From: Microcoleus sp.
GTDB lineage: Bacteria; Cyanobacteriota; Cyanobacteriia; Cyanobacteriales; Microcoleaceae
Direction: 5' to 3'
DNA: 64,000 nucleotides
NCBI GenBank assembly: GCA_042408215.1
Contig: JAYFMW010000020.1
Location: 320,001 to 384,000, forward strand
Below are positions 10,209 to 20,173 of the stretch, in pieces. The position numbers and the translations under genes were made by a program. The notes under the pieces are model-generated. The model saw only the letters and a list, made by a program, of their open reading frames with translations, was not told the DNA's origin and ran no database searches. How positions within the stretch are numbered: the first letter of the stretch is position 1; each line of letters begins with the position of its first letter.

Positions 10209-11075
10209 TTATCCTTTAACTCCGGTGGCTGTTTCTGTGGGTACAATGTATTTTTGCAATATCAAAAATAGTCCTAAAACTGGTACAATGGAAATAATGG
10301 AACCCGCCGCAACTAAACGCCAATCTAAGGAAAAGGTCCCGGCTAAATTGGCGACTCCTAGGGGTAATGTGTAATATTCTGGTCTGTCTAAAACTAGCAG
10401 CGGCCACAAAAAGTCGCTCCAAGAACCGATAAATACGAAAATTCCTAATGTGACTAATGCTGGCTGAATTGCTGGAATCATTATGTGCCACCAAATGCCT
10501 AGTTCGCTACAGCCGTCGATGCGGGCTGCTTCTTCTAGTTCTTTGGGAACTGCGAGGAATGCTTGCCGCAATAAAAATATGCCGAAGGCTGATGCTAATC
10601 CGGGAAAGATTACGCCTAAATAACTATTTTTTAGTCCTAGTTGTACTGTCAATACATATAGGGGAATCATCACGATTTGGAAGGGAATCATGATTGTGGA
10701 AATGATGGTAATTAATATGGCTTCGCGGCCGCGAAAGTTGCTCCGGGCTAATGGATAAGCTGCTAGGGCACAAAACAGGACGTTGATGCTAACTGTGAGG
10801 GTGGCGATGAGGGTGCTGTTGAATAGGTAGCGCCCGAAGGGGTTGGTTTGCCAAACTTTGATGAAGTTTTGCAGGGTTGGCTGTTGTGGCCAAAGTTGCG
10901 GGGGAAATTGAAAGATGTTTTCGGTTGGGGATTTGAGGGAGGTGCTGAGCAGCCACAACAAGGGGAATAGCATTAAAAGGGCGATCGCACTCATGATGCT
11001 GTATGTCCACAGGGTTTTCCACTGGGAGGGAGTCGTGTTTGGGGAATTTGGTTTTTTTGTTTTGAAATTGTTCAT
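10209..11075 (-). CDS. Carbohydrate ABC transporter permease (LacG/MalG type)
   Basis: EAA loop ELEEAARIDG and 6 TM segments; ATG at 11075. Confidence 0.93.
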   Translation of the reverse strand: MNNFKTKKPNSPNTTPSQWKTLWTYSIMSAIALLMLFPLLWLLSTSLKSPTENIFQFPPQLWPQQPTLQNFIKVWQTNPFGRYLFNSTLIATLTVSINVLFCALAAYPLARSNFRGREAILITIISTIMIPFQIVMIPLYVLTVQLGLKNSYLGVIFPGLASAFGIFLLRQAFLAVPKELEEAARIDGCSELGIWWHIMIPAIQPALVTLGIFVFIGSWSDFLWPLLVLDRPEYYTLPLGVANLAGTFSLDWRLVAAGSIISIVPVLGLFLILQKYIVPTETATGVKG

Positions 11076-11468
11076 AAAAATAATACGGGATGCGGGCAAC
11101 GAGCGAGTCTAAAGACCTGAGAGGGAAGCGACTCGTGCGGTTTTAACCGCCGTGGTATTGAAAATGTGCTAGAATTTGAGTTGTGAGTAAGAACAAAAAC
11201 ATCTACGTGTTGAAACATCCTAGTATCGGAGAAATCCCAGCAACTTAGTACACAAGAGTGAGAGTTAACACAAAAAGAGCGGTGGGATGGCTGGATGTTG
11301 AGCGTACCGTGTCTTGGCTTAGTGATGGATTCTGAAAGCATTGGAGACAAAAGTAGCTAGTAACTATCGCTTGACGATTGGTGACTAAGTAGACGGCGTT
11401 TGACGGCCGTAGCGAGAGTTTTACTCTGTCAGCAGAATCGAGCGTGTCTTTAGACCTGAGAGTGTCAA
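11076..11468 (+). mobile_element. ORF-less IS200/IS605-derived mini-element (393 bp) with an omegaRNA-like body
   Basis: Related subterminal motifs at both ends (GTCTAAAGACCTGAGAG at 11107; GTCTTTAGACCTGAGAGTGTCAA ending 11468); TTCAT on the left flank; right end matches that of the 29649 and 56043 elements. Confidence 0.75.
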
Positions 11469-11476
11469 CTTTGGGA

Positions 11477-11526
11477 TATGATTGTAAGTCCTTGCTTCGC
11501 GAGAAGCCTTGTTGTCCATAAGGGGA
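11477..11526 (+). promoter_or_regulatory. rpsF -10 box (TATGAT) and putative S6:S18-binding leader
   Basis: UCCUU (11489-93) pairs with the SD AAGGG (11520-24); GCUUC-GCGA-GAAGC hairpin; CCA in the unpaired strand. Confidence 0.65.
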
Positions 11527-11534
11527 TTTTTGGC

Positions 11535-11870
11535 ATGAAACCGTTTATTTACGAAACAATGTACATTCTGCGCCCAGATATGGGTGAAGAAATGACCGAT
11601 CAGGCGATCGCGAAATATCAAACTATTTTGCGCGATCAAGGTGCTGAAAATATCGAAACTCAGCACCGCGGCAAGCGTCGTTTGGCTTATGAAATCGGCA
11701 AGCACCGGGACGGAGTATACGTTCAAATGAACTATACAGCTCCTGGCGCTGCAATTTTTCCCCTGGAGCGCGCGATGCGTCTGAGCGAGGATGTGATTCG
11801 CTATTTGACGATCAAGCAAGATGTGCCTGATGCTCCTGATGCTGAGCCGGAAGCGGTAGCAGCCGAGTAG
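11535..11870 (+). CDS. rpsF: 30S ribosomal protein S6
   Basis: [33 protein letters not shown] before ATG 11535. Confidence 0.98.
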   Translation: MKPFIYETMYILRPDMGEEMTDQAIAKYQTILRDQGAENIETQHRGKRRLAYEIGKHRDGVYVQMNYTAPGAAIFPLERAMRLSEDVIRYLTIKQDVPDAPDAEPEAVAAE

Positions 11871-11942
11871 GTTCTGGAGTTTGTAGTGAGGACTTCAGTC
11901 CTCTCTTAAAGCTTTTTACTCGTTACCCGGCTCTACCAATTT

Positions 11943-12100
11943 GTGACAACTTAAGACGAAACCCACAATAAATGTCGCTTTTAGACGGAATCTAGATCCC
12001 CCTCGCATCCCCCTTGATAAGGGGAGTAGGGGTTGACTTTAAGAATATTTCTGGTTCCCCCCTTATTAAGGGGGGTTAGGGGGGATCGAGATTTCGGTAC
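11943..12100. repeat. Partial MITE with a CCCCCTT..AAGGGGG double-hairpin core; another core at about 14457-14568
   Basis: Left part resembles the ends of the 41616 and 49721 elements; GATCCCCC...GGGGGATC core. Confidence 0.75.
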
Positions 12101-12168
12101 AAACAAGAGAGACGTTCTAACCTTAAATTTTCACCAATCGGCAGAGCCTGGTAAAAACCAGAAAAACC

Positions 12169-12915
12169 TTAATCCGAGCTTAAAAATTCCAAGTAATTAT
12201 TAGTTAACTCTTTGACTGCTAACTCGTAAAATTGCTGGCCATGTTCGGGAGTTGCTAAGGCGGGATTAGATCCCATTCTACCGTCGGGAAATCGGCGGCG
12301 AAAGTCGGCGGCACTGTATATTTTGTGCCCGGAAGCAACTTCTTCTGAAAGTGGAGCTTGTTTGATTGCTTCTGGATAAAGATATTGAGTTAAGGCGACT
12401 TCGCTGGGTGTGGCGTGGGAACCTTCTTGGTTTCCGTACAATTCTTTGGCTAGTTTGTACACGGAGCCGCACATAAACCAATTGCCGATTTGACACTGGA
12501 TTCGATCGCCATTCGGTAGATTCAAATCGGATAAGTGGGCGTAAGTCTCGGAAAATGCTGCTTTCATCGTCGCAATATTGCCACCGTGACCGTTAATAAA
12601 GAAATATTTCTCAAATCCCGATTTTGCCAAAGATGTGATATAATCTCTGATTACCAAGATCATGGTTTGTGGGCGCAGGCTGATTGTGCCGGGAAAACCG
12701 GTGTGGTGCAGGGCCATTCCGACATTAATTGTGGGGCCGACTAAGGCATTGGCAGCTTCGCCGACAGCGCGGGCGATCGCAAGAGCTGCAATTGCGTCAG
12801 TCCCGATTAAGCCAGTTGGCCCGTGTTGTTCGGTGGAACCGATCGGGATAATTATGCCGCGGGAACTCTCTAGATAAGTTTCTACCTCCGGCCAGGTACT
12901 CAAGTGCAGCAACAT
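12169..12915 (-). CDS. Creatininase-family amidohydrolase
   Basis: PIGSTEQHGP, GTD, NGHGGN, HA..SE. Confidence 0.93.
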   Translation of the reverse strand: MLLHLSTWPEVETYLESSRGIIIPIGSTEQHGPTGLIGTDAIAALAIARAVGEAANALVGPTINVGMALHHTGFPGTISLRPQTMILVIRDYITSLAKSGFEKYFFINGHGGNIATMKAAFSETYAHLSDLNLPNGDRIQCQIGNWFMCGSVYKLAKELYGNQEGSHATPSEVALTQYLYPEAIKQAPLSEEVASGHKIYSAADFRRRFPDGRMGSNPALATPEHGQQFYELAVKELTNNYLEFLSSD

Positions 12916-13065
12916 TATAGGCAGTTTACAGATTTTTTACTTACAAACTCGATCGTAGCCGGCCCTTGCAGAAAATAGACTTTAGGCCAAACTTATTATT
13001 TTATGCTTAAACAAAGCTCTAAATTGCGATCGCCACTTTACCGTTGTATTACTTAACTTTAATAA

Positions 13066-13120
13066 TTTAACCACTTAATTACCAAAGCTTTACCTTTTAA
13101 TAACCTTTTAAGAGTAAGAT
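13066..13120 (+). promoter_or_regulatory. Pho-box-like array (four octamers at 11-bp period) followed by -10 TAAGAT
   Basis: TTTAACCA 13066, AATTACCA 13077, CTTTACCT 13088, AATAACCT 13099 against the SphR consensus PyTTAAPyPy(T/A). Confidence 0.65.
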
Positions 13121-13452
13121 AACAACCATCTCCCTATAGATTGGGTATAACCTGGTCAATTAAAAGTGGGCAATGTTTGATGAAATTAACACCAACCCCT
13201 AAACATGACCAGGCTTCTGACGCTTGGACACAAGCAGGCTGCGCGGCTCCGGCCACTGCTCTACGGCTGTATTCCTTACAGGAGCAAGTAGCAAAGATAG
13301 AGCGCGTATCTGTTGGATGGACAGGCGAAGGATATAAAGCGATAATCGAAACGGCGATCGTATAAAGTGCGATCGCGGTATGAAGAGTGCCTTAGCTACT
13401 GAACAAGGCATCTCTCACTAGCTACAAACAAACATCACTACCACTGATATTT

Positions 13453-14193
13453 ATGTCTTCTGCTGAGTTAAGCGAAAGTCCTTCAAGGCCTGCTGTTGGA
13501 CAAGCAGGCCGGATATTGTTACTAGAAGGTGAAGACTTGTTGCGGGAAATGCTAGCTTTAGCCCTTAAAGAACAGGGCTATGAGGTGGTGGTTACTAGCG
13601 ACGGGCGCAACGCCCTGCCTTCTTTCCCAGGTTCTTTATCGTACCACAGCGATTTTGGCTTCAACCTGTTAATTATGGATTCAATTAACGGTTTGGATCT
13701 GTGTCGAATGTTACGACATCAAGGAAATCCCGTACCTATTTTGATTATCGGTGCGAGGGGAAGTGCAAATAATTGTGCTTTTTACTTAGAAGCAGGCTCG
13801 GATGATTATCTCACCAAGCCTTTTGGAATGAGGGAATTTATCGCTCGCTGTCGAGCTTTGATGCGCCGCCAGCGCTTGGGTACGTTGCCTTCTCCGGTGA
13901 TGTTGCAGTATAAAAGCATAACTCTGTATCCCGAAGAATGTCGAGTGCTGGTTCGCGGCATAGAAGTAAAATTTTCTCCCAAACAATTTCGCTTGCTAGA
14001 ACTTTTTATGAGTTATCCCCGCCGAGTTTGGTCTCGCGATCAGTTGCTGGAAAAAATTTGGGGGCAAGATTTTATCGGAGACAGCAAAACTGTTGATGTT
14101 CACATCCGCTGGCTGCGCGAAAAGTTAGAAATCGAACCCAGTAAACCGGAATATATTATTACAGTGCGGGGGTTTGGCTATCGGTTTGGCTAA
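13453..14193 (+). CDS. OmpR/PhoB-family response regulator, SphR-like, with an atypical receiver domain
   Basis: wHTH with KTVDVHIRWLREKLE..IITVRGFGYRFG; degenerate receiver motifs. Confidence 0.9.
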   Translation: MSSAELSESPSRPAVGQAGRILLLEGEDLLREMLALALKEQGYEVVVTSDGRNALPSFPGSLSYHSDFGFNLLIMDSINGLDLCRMLRHQGNPVPILIIGARGSANNCAFYLEAGSDDYLTKPFGMREFIARCRALMRRQRLGTLPSPVMLQYKSITLYPEECRVLVRGIEVKFSPKQFRLLELFMSYPRRVWSRDQLLEKIWGQDFIGDSKTVDVHIRWLREKLEIEPSKPEYIITVRGFGYRFG

Positions 14194-14263
14194 TAATTTC
14201 GATCCTGAGTTGAGAGTTGTCGGTAAAAACTGATAACTCTCAACTTTCAATGATACTGATATA

Positions 14264-14361
14264 TAGCCTTTCTCAGTAACAGTGCGGTACGCATAGGGCA
14301 TAGGGCATAGGGCATAGGGCATAGGGCATAGGGCATACCTCACAACGCTTGAGAACCGCTA
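14264..14361. mobile_element. About 100-bp MITE (TIR TAGCnnTTCTCA, TA target duplication) carrying (CATAGGG)n
   Basis: TIRs and flanking TA; copies at 29369, 33948 and 49668. Confidence 0.85.
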
Positions 14362-14734
14362 TACTGATTAACTAGAGCGAGGGAACGGGCTGGCGATCGC
14401 CATAAATTAGCCATTTAGCTTAAAATATTTTATACCAATTTAATGGGTCGTTGCATAGATCTCGATCCCCCTCGCATCCCCCTTAATAAGGGAGTAGGGT
14501 GTGAGTAGGGGGTGACGAAAGAGCAGAATCTTGTTCCCCCCTTATTAAGGGGGGTTAGGGGGGATCAGATTCTACGGGGCCTCATAAAAAACTGGTATTA
14601 GATATATTCCTAATGCGATCGCTCCGGCAACGATACAAAATGTTACATTACTTCAAACATCAGGTTGCTCTCAAATCAGAAAGGTGCAAGATGTCGGTCT
14701 AAACCCCAGATGTCTCAGTAAAGAAATCGCACTC

Positions 14735-15790
14735 ATGCTCATCAAATCTCAAGGCCACGCATTTAGCTCAATCTGGGACACCATCAAACATCGCTTTCCG
14801 ACATTCTTAGCTTTGTGTGCCCTCGGTTTGTGCTTCAGCTTAAGCTTAGCATCCTGCCAGCAAATTAAGTCGATCGATGGCGCTGCTGCACTTGTTAACA
14901 ACAAAGAATCAGCCACCTCAAAATTAGTACGAATTGGCTATCAACCTTTCGGAACACCGCCACTATTGAAAGCCAGAGGAACCTTAGAAAAACGCCTACA
15001 ACCCCTAGGAATTAATGTAGAGTGGATGTCATTTCCGGCAGGCCCGCCCATCCTCAAAGCAATGAAAGAAGGAAAAGTTGACATCGGATTTGTGGGCGGA
15101 ATACCGACGGCGTTTGCTCAAGCAGAAGAGCAACCTTTCGTCTATGTTGCCAATGCCGAACCCAATGCCCAAAGCATTGGGATTCTGGTGCCAGAAAACT
15201 CGCCAATTCGGAATTTCGCTGACCTCAAAGGGAAGAAAATTGCTTTTACTAAAAAATCAGCAGCACACTACCTTTTGATTCAAGCACTTTTGAAAGCAAA
15301 TTTAACCCTAGACTCCGTGCAGCAAGTCTATTTAACTCCGCCAGAAGGTCAAGCCGCCTTTGAGCAAAAACAGATAGATGCTTGGGTTGTTTGGAACCCA
15401 TTTTTAGCTCAAATTCAAACGAAAATGCCCGTTCGCATTCTGGCTGACGGCGGAGGTTTGACGCAGAATTTAAATTTCTATGTGGCGACTAGCGATTTTG
15501 CTAACAACAATGCCAATACTGTCAAAATAGTTATTCAAGAAATGCAGCAAGCCGGAATTTGGGGAAGCCAAAATCTCGATGAAGTTGCCAGAATGATTGC
15601 GAAGAGTGCAAAGCTGGAACTTGCGACAATGCAAAAAGTCAACGAATCAGCGACTTACGGCGTACAAGCGATTCAAGATAGAGCGATTGAAGAACAGCAG
15701 CGCACTGCTGAAACCTTTTTCCGGTTGGGTTTGCTACCGCAGCGAATTTGGGTAGAAGATGCTGTCTGGAAAGAAGAATTAATCGATTAG
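14735..15790 (+). CDS. SsuA/NitT-family ABC substrate-binding lipoprotein with no adjacent permease or ATPase
   Basis: Lipobox LASC; IGYQ..LLKARGTLEKRL, FPAGP, DLKGKKIA, IDAWVVWNPF; start could be 14684 or 14735. Confidence 0.88.
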   Translation: MLIKSQGHAFSSIWDTIKHRFPTFLALCALGLCFSLSLASCQQIKSIDGAAALVNNKESATSKLVRIGYQPFGTPPLLKARGTLEKRLQPLGINVEWMSFPAGPPILKAMKEGKVDIGFVGGIPTAFAQAEEQPFVYVANAEPNAQSIGILVPENSPIRNFADLKGKKIAFTKKSAAHYLLIQALLKANLTLDSVQQVYLTPPEGQAAFEQKQIDAWVVWNPFLAQIQTKMPVRILADGGGLTQNLNFYVATSDFANNNANTVKIVIQEMQQAGIWGSQNLDEVARMIAKSAKLELATMQKVNESATYGVQAIQDRAIEEQQRTAETFFRLGLLPQRIWVEDAVWKEELID

Positions 15791-15800
15791 AAAAAATGCT

Positions 15801-18419
15801 ATGAATCAATTTAAATTTAATCAGTTGAAACCTCAAATTTTCTCGATCGGCAATCAACTGCGCTACGGTTTAGTTGCTATTTTTGTCTTCACTCTTCTGC
15901 TAGGGGGGAGTACCTTAACCTATCTCAGTTTTCGAGAACAAGTCAAACAGACAAAGCAGCTTCAGTCACAGCGATCGCAAGCCGCCGCTAACAGAATTAG
16001 TGCTGCTTTAGATAATTTGCAGCGCCAGCTCAATTTTTTCTCGGACTTGCGCGGTTTTAGCAATTTTACTTCGGAAAACCAGCGCACTATTCTGGAAGGA
16101 TTGGCTAACAGCAATAGCGCCTACACATTGGTGGGAATTTTAAACAATAAAGGTCAAGTTTTGCAGGCGATGTCTCCCTACGAACCAGTCTCGCCTTCCA
16201 CCTTGAGTTTAGAGCAAATAGCGATCGATTCGCCTCAGTTTTTGCAGAAACTCAGTAGCGGTCAAAATTATGTCAGTCCCGTGACAGTTGACCCCAAAGT
16301 CGGTCTCCCTGTCGCGACATTAGCGGTACCGATTCGCAATTTACAAAATGAGTTTGCCGGAGTATTATTTGCTCGAATCAATTTAATTTTTTTAGCACAA
16401 ATTACTGACAAAACTCAAGTCGGTAACACAGGCTACAGCTACGTTCTCGATAATCGATCGGTTTTAATTGCCAAACAAGGCAGCGATCCTAATAATTTTC
16501 AACTTCAAAACCTCAAAGATCTTCCTTTTGTACAAAATTTATTGAATTTATCGCGCCTTCCAGGAAGTCAACCTGTGGTTGTTTATCGAGGCTTAAACGG
16601 TGAAGAAGTGATCGGAACCGCTACTCTCGTGCGGCGGGTGCGGTGGTTGGTGGTGGTGGAATTACCAACAGCAGAAGCTTACGCTCCTGTGGGCCAGATG
16701 ATCTTAGTAATGGGTGGCGCGACGGCGGCGGCCGGGATTTTAGCAGTGGGTTTGGGAATTGCTTTTTCTCAGTCAATTACTAGGCCTTTAAAATCTTTAA
16801 AAGATGCAGCAATCAAGATGAGCGGCGGACTGTTTGACACGAGAGTTAATATTACTGCGGCTAACGAATTGGGAGAACTTGCTCAGTCTTTTAACAGTAT
16901 GGCGAGTCAACTGCAAGAATCCTTTGAAACTTTAGAGTACAAAGTGCAACAACGCACTGCTGAATTAGCCGTAGCTAGAGACAAAGCTGAGGTAGCAAAT
17001 CAGGCTAAGAGCTCTTTTCTGGCAAATATGAGTCACGAATTGCGCTCGCCCCTCAACGCCATCCTCGGCTTTTCCCAAATCATGGCTCGCAGCCAAACCT
17101 TACCTCCTGAACATCAAGAAAATCTCGGCATTATTAACCGCAGTGGCGAACATTTGCTATCATTAATTAATCAAGTTTTAGATTTGTCTAAAATTGAAGC
17201 GGGGCGGACTGTTATTACCGATACAAACTTCGATTTGTATCGTTTGCTAGACGATATCGCAGATATGTTTCAGCTCAAAGCTGATGACAAAAAGCTGCAT
17301 TTATTAGTAGAATATACCTCCGAGCTACCCCGCTACGTTCGCACCGATGAAGTTAAATTGCGCCAAGTTTTAATTAACTTGCTGAACAATGCGATTAAAT
17401 TTACTGAAGAAGGAGGCGTTTCTGTTGTCGCAGGAATTCCCAAGACTTCGTTTCAGGGTGAAAGTCAAGCTGTTAGCGCTCAAAGATTAGTCATAGTATT
17501 TGAAATTGCTGATACAGGTGCAGGTATTGCCCCAGAGGAATTAGACAGCGTTTTTCAAGCCTTCGTACAATCAGAAACAGGCAAACAATCTCAAGAAGGT
17601 ACGGGTTTGGGACTGCCCATTAGTCGCAAGTTTGTACAACTAATGGGTGGGGACATTAGGGTGAATTCTCAAGTGGGAAAAGGCACTAATTTTAAGTTTG
17701 ATATTAAAGTTAATGTAGTTGATGCTTCTGAGTTGTCAGGGAAGCAGCAAACACAACAGGTTATCGCTTTAGAACCAAATCAACCGCAGTATAGAATTTT
17801 AATTGTAGATGACAAACCGCTGAACCGCCTACTGCTGGTTAAACTGCTTTCTCCTCTCGGTTTTGAAGTCAAAGAAGCTTGGGATGGTAAAGAGGCGATC
17901 GCAATTGCGGATGAATGGGAACCGCACTTAATCTGGATGGACATGAGAATGCCTGTTATGGACGGTTACACAGCCACCAAACACATCAAAGCCACCGTTA
18001 AAGGGCAGGCTACCGCGATTATTGCCCTGACTGCTAGCAGTTTAGAAGAAGAAAAAGCAATGCTAATATCCGCTGGCTGCGATGATTTTATACGCAAGCC
18101 TTTTCGGGAACAAGATATTTTTGCTGCGATGAATAAACATATAGGTGTTCGTTACATCTACGATGAGAAGCAGAACATCAATCCCTCAGCTAAAACAGAT
18201 ATTCAAGATGTCTTGAACATCTCCAATTTGGCGGCAGTGCCTACTGAATTGTTGAATAACTTAGAACAGGCTGTCAGCGTTTCCGACATGACACAAACTG
18301 ACAATTCGATTCAGGAAATCTGCAATTACAGTCCCAGCCTAGGGTCGGCATTGGCGGCCTTGGCAAATGATTTTGATTATGGTAAAATAGTAAGCTTAAT
18401 TCACAATATCAAAAAATAA
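15801..18419 (+). CDS. Hybrid histidine kinase TM-Cache-TM-HAMP-HisKA-HATPase-REC
   Basis: FLANMSHELRSPLNAI, GTGLGL, LIWMDMRMP, HAMP ELGELAQSFN. Confidence 0.96.
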   Translation: MNQFKFNQLKPQIFSIGNQLRYGLVAIFVFTLLLGGSTLTYLSFREQVKQTKQLQSQRSQAAANRISAALDNLQRQLNFFSDLRGFSNFTSENQRTILEGLANSNSAYTLVGILNNKGQVLQAMSPYEPVSPSTLSLEQIAIDSPQFLQKLSSGQNYVSPVTVDPKVGLPVATLAVPIRNLQNEFAGVLFARINLIFLAQITDKTQVGNTGYSYVLDNRSVLIAKQGSDPNNFQLQNLKDLPFVQNLLNLSRLPGSQPVVVYRGLNGEEVIGTATLVRRVRWLVVVELPTAEAYAPVGQMILVMGGATAAAGILAVGLGIAFSQSITRPLKSLKDAAIKMSGGLFDTRVNITAANELGELAQSFNSMASQLQESFETLEYKVQQRTAELAVARDKAEVANQAKSSFLANMSHELRSPLNAILGFSQIMARSQTLPPEHQENLGIINRSGEHLLSLINQVLDLSKIEAGRTVITDTNFDLYRLLDDIADMFQLKADDKKLHLLVEYTSELPRYVRTDEVKLRQVLINLLNNAIKFTEEGGVSVVAGIPKTSFQGESQAVSAQRLVIVFEIADTGAGIAPEELDSVFQAFVQSETGKQSQEGTGLGLPISRKFVQLMGGDIRVNSQVGKGTNFKFDIKVNVVDASELSGKQQTQQVIALEPNQPQYRILIVDDKPLNRLLLVKLLSPLGFEVKEAWDGKEAIAIADEWEPHLIWMDMRMPVMDGYTATKHIKATVKGQATAIIALTASSLEEEKAMLISAGCDDFIRKPFREQDIFAAMNKHIGVRYIYDEKQNINPSAKTDIQDVLNISNLAAVPTELLNNLEQAVSVSDMTQTDNSIQEICNYSPSLGSALAALANDFDYGKIVSLIHNIKK

Positions 18420-18437
18420 TTTAAATGGATAAAAAAT

Positions 18438-19910
18438 ATGATTCAAAAAAGTGCGATCGACCAACCAACCAACCCACCAACAGCCAACATTCTCGCCAAC
18501 ATTCTAGTAGTTGACGACACCCCAGCTAATTTGCGCCTTCTGGCTGGAATCTTAACAGAACAAGGATATACTGTTAGACCTGCACGGGATGGAAATCAGG
18601 CGTTGTCAATTGCCGAAAAGATTCCTGTGGATTTAATTTTGCTAGACATTAATATGCCCTTAATGGACGGTTATCAAGTCTGCGAAAAACTCAAATCCCA
18701 GGAAGGAACTCGCGACATACCCGTGATTTTTATCAGCGCTTTGAGTGACGTACTCGATAAAGTCAAAGCTTTTAGCGTTGGCGGAGTAGATTATATTACA
18801 AAACCTTTTCAAGTAGAAGAAGTTTTGGCCCGCGTCGCCACTCACTTGAAGTTACAATATTTGCAAAACAATCTGCAATCCAGAAATCAAGAATTAGCAC
18901 AAACTAATCAAAAATTAAAGGCCACCTTTCTCGAACTGAAAGCTACTCAAAAAGAACTGATTCATTCCGAAAAAATGGCTGCTTTGGGACAATTAATCGC
19001 AGGTATTGCCCACGAAGTTAATACTCCTTTGGGGGCAATACGCTCCTCAGTGGGAAACATTCTTAAGTTTTTGAATCATACTTTAGAACAGTTGCCGACA
19101 ATATTTATATCTTTATCTCCAGTAGAAAGACAAGATTTTTTAGCTTTACTGAATAGGTCTCTCCAACAGAAATCTCATTTATCCGCTAAAGAAGAGCGCA
19201 AGTTTAAAAGAGCATTAATTAGTGAATTGGAAGCTCAGCAAATTGAAAATTCTGAGGATTTTGCTGATACCTTTGTGGACATGAGGATTTATGACGAAAT
19301 TAATGCTTTTCTGCCCTTGTTAAAAAGACAGGACGGTTTATCTATTTTAGAACTCGCCTATAAAATTTCTGGACTGCAAAGAGGGATGCAAACAATCGAA
19401 ACAGCGGCCGATAGGGCGGCAAAAGTAGTGTTTGCCCTAAAATCTTACGCCCGCTATGACTATTCCGGCAAAAAGAGTCTAGCCAACATAACTGAGGGTA
19501 TCGAAACTGTGTTGACCCTTTATCGCAATCAAATCAAACAGGGGGTGAATGTAGTTCAGAACTATGCAGAATTGCCACCTGTACTCTGCTATCCCGACGA
19601 ACTAAATCAGGTGTGGACAAATCTCGTCCACAATGCTTTGCAAGCTATGGACGGTCAAGGTTCTTTAACCATAGATGTAACTCAGGAAGAAGAGCAAGTA
19701 AAGATTAGCATGACTGACAGTGGCAAGGGGATACCACCAGAAATTAAACCGAAAATATTTGAGCCTTTTTTTACTACAAAATCTTTAGGAGAAGGTAGCG
19801 GTTTAGGTCTTCATATTGTTAAACAAATAATTGACAAACATCAGGGTATAATAGAAGTAGAATCAATTCCGGGTCAAACCACATTTACGGTTTATCTACC
19901 GATGAATTAA
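18438..19910 (+). CDS. REC-histidine kinase (soluble hybrid)
   Basis: VVDD, LLDINMP, AHEVNTPLG, GEGSGLGL. Confidence 0.96.
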   Translation: MIQKSAIDQPTNPPTANILANILVVDDTPANLRLLAGILTEQGYTVRPARDGNQALSIAEKIPVDLILLDINMPLMDGYQVCEKLKSQEGTRDIPVIFISALSDVLDKVKAFSVGGVDYITKPFQVEEVLARVATHLKLQYLQNNLQSRNQELAQTNQKLKATFLELKATQKELIHSEKMAALGQLIAGIAHEVNTPLGAIRSSVGNILKFLNHTLEQLPTIFISLSPVERQDFLALLNRSLQQKSHLSAKEERKFKRALISELEAQQIENSEDFADTFVDMRIYDEINAFLPLLKRQDGLSILELAYKISGLQRGMQTIETAADRAAKVVFALKSYARYDYSGKKSLANITEGIETVLTLYRNQIKQGVNVVQNYAELPPVLCYPDELNQVWTNLVHNALQAMDGQGSLTIDVTQEEEQVKISMTDSGKGIPPEIKPKIFEPFFTTKSLGEGSGLGLHIVKQIIDKHQGIIEVESIPGQTTFTVYLPMN

Positions 19911-20173
19911 CAGCAATTTTGGTATAAAAACATACCTGCTTCTGACTTCTGACGAAGGTCTCACGCTCGATAATTAATCCCTGTATCCGTGTCAAAATCC
20001 TGGTTCTGACTTCTGACCAAGAATTTCTTGATGGTACAAGCCCCGGATTTATCCGTGGAATCAATCCAAAATCGAAAATCGAAAATCCTCAAGAAAGAGC
20101 ATTTATCCGTGGGGTAAATCTAAAATCTAAAATCTAAAATCTAAAATCGATTGACTTCTACACCCCAATAAAA

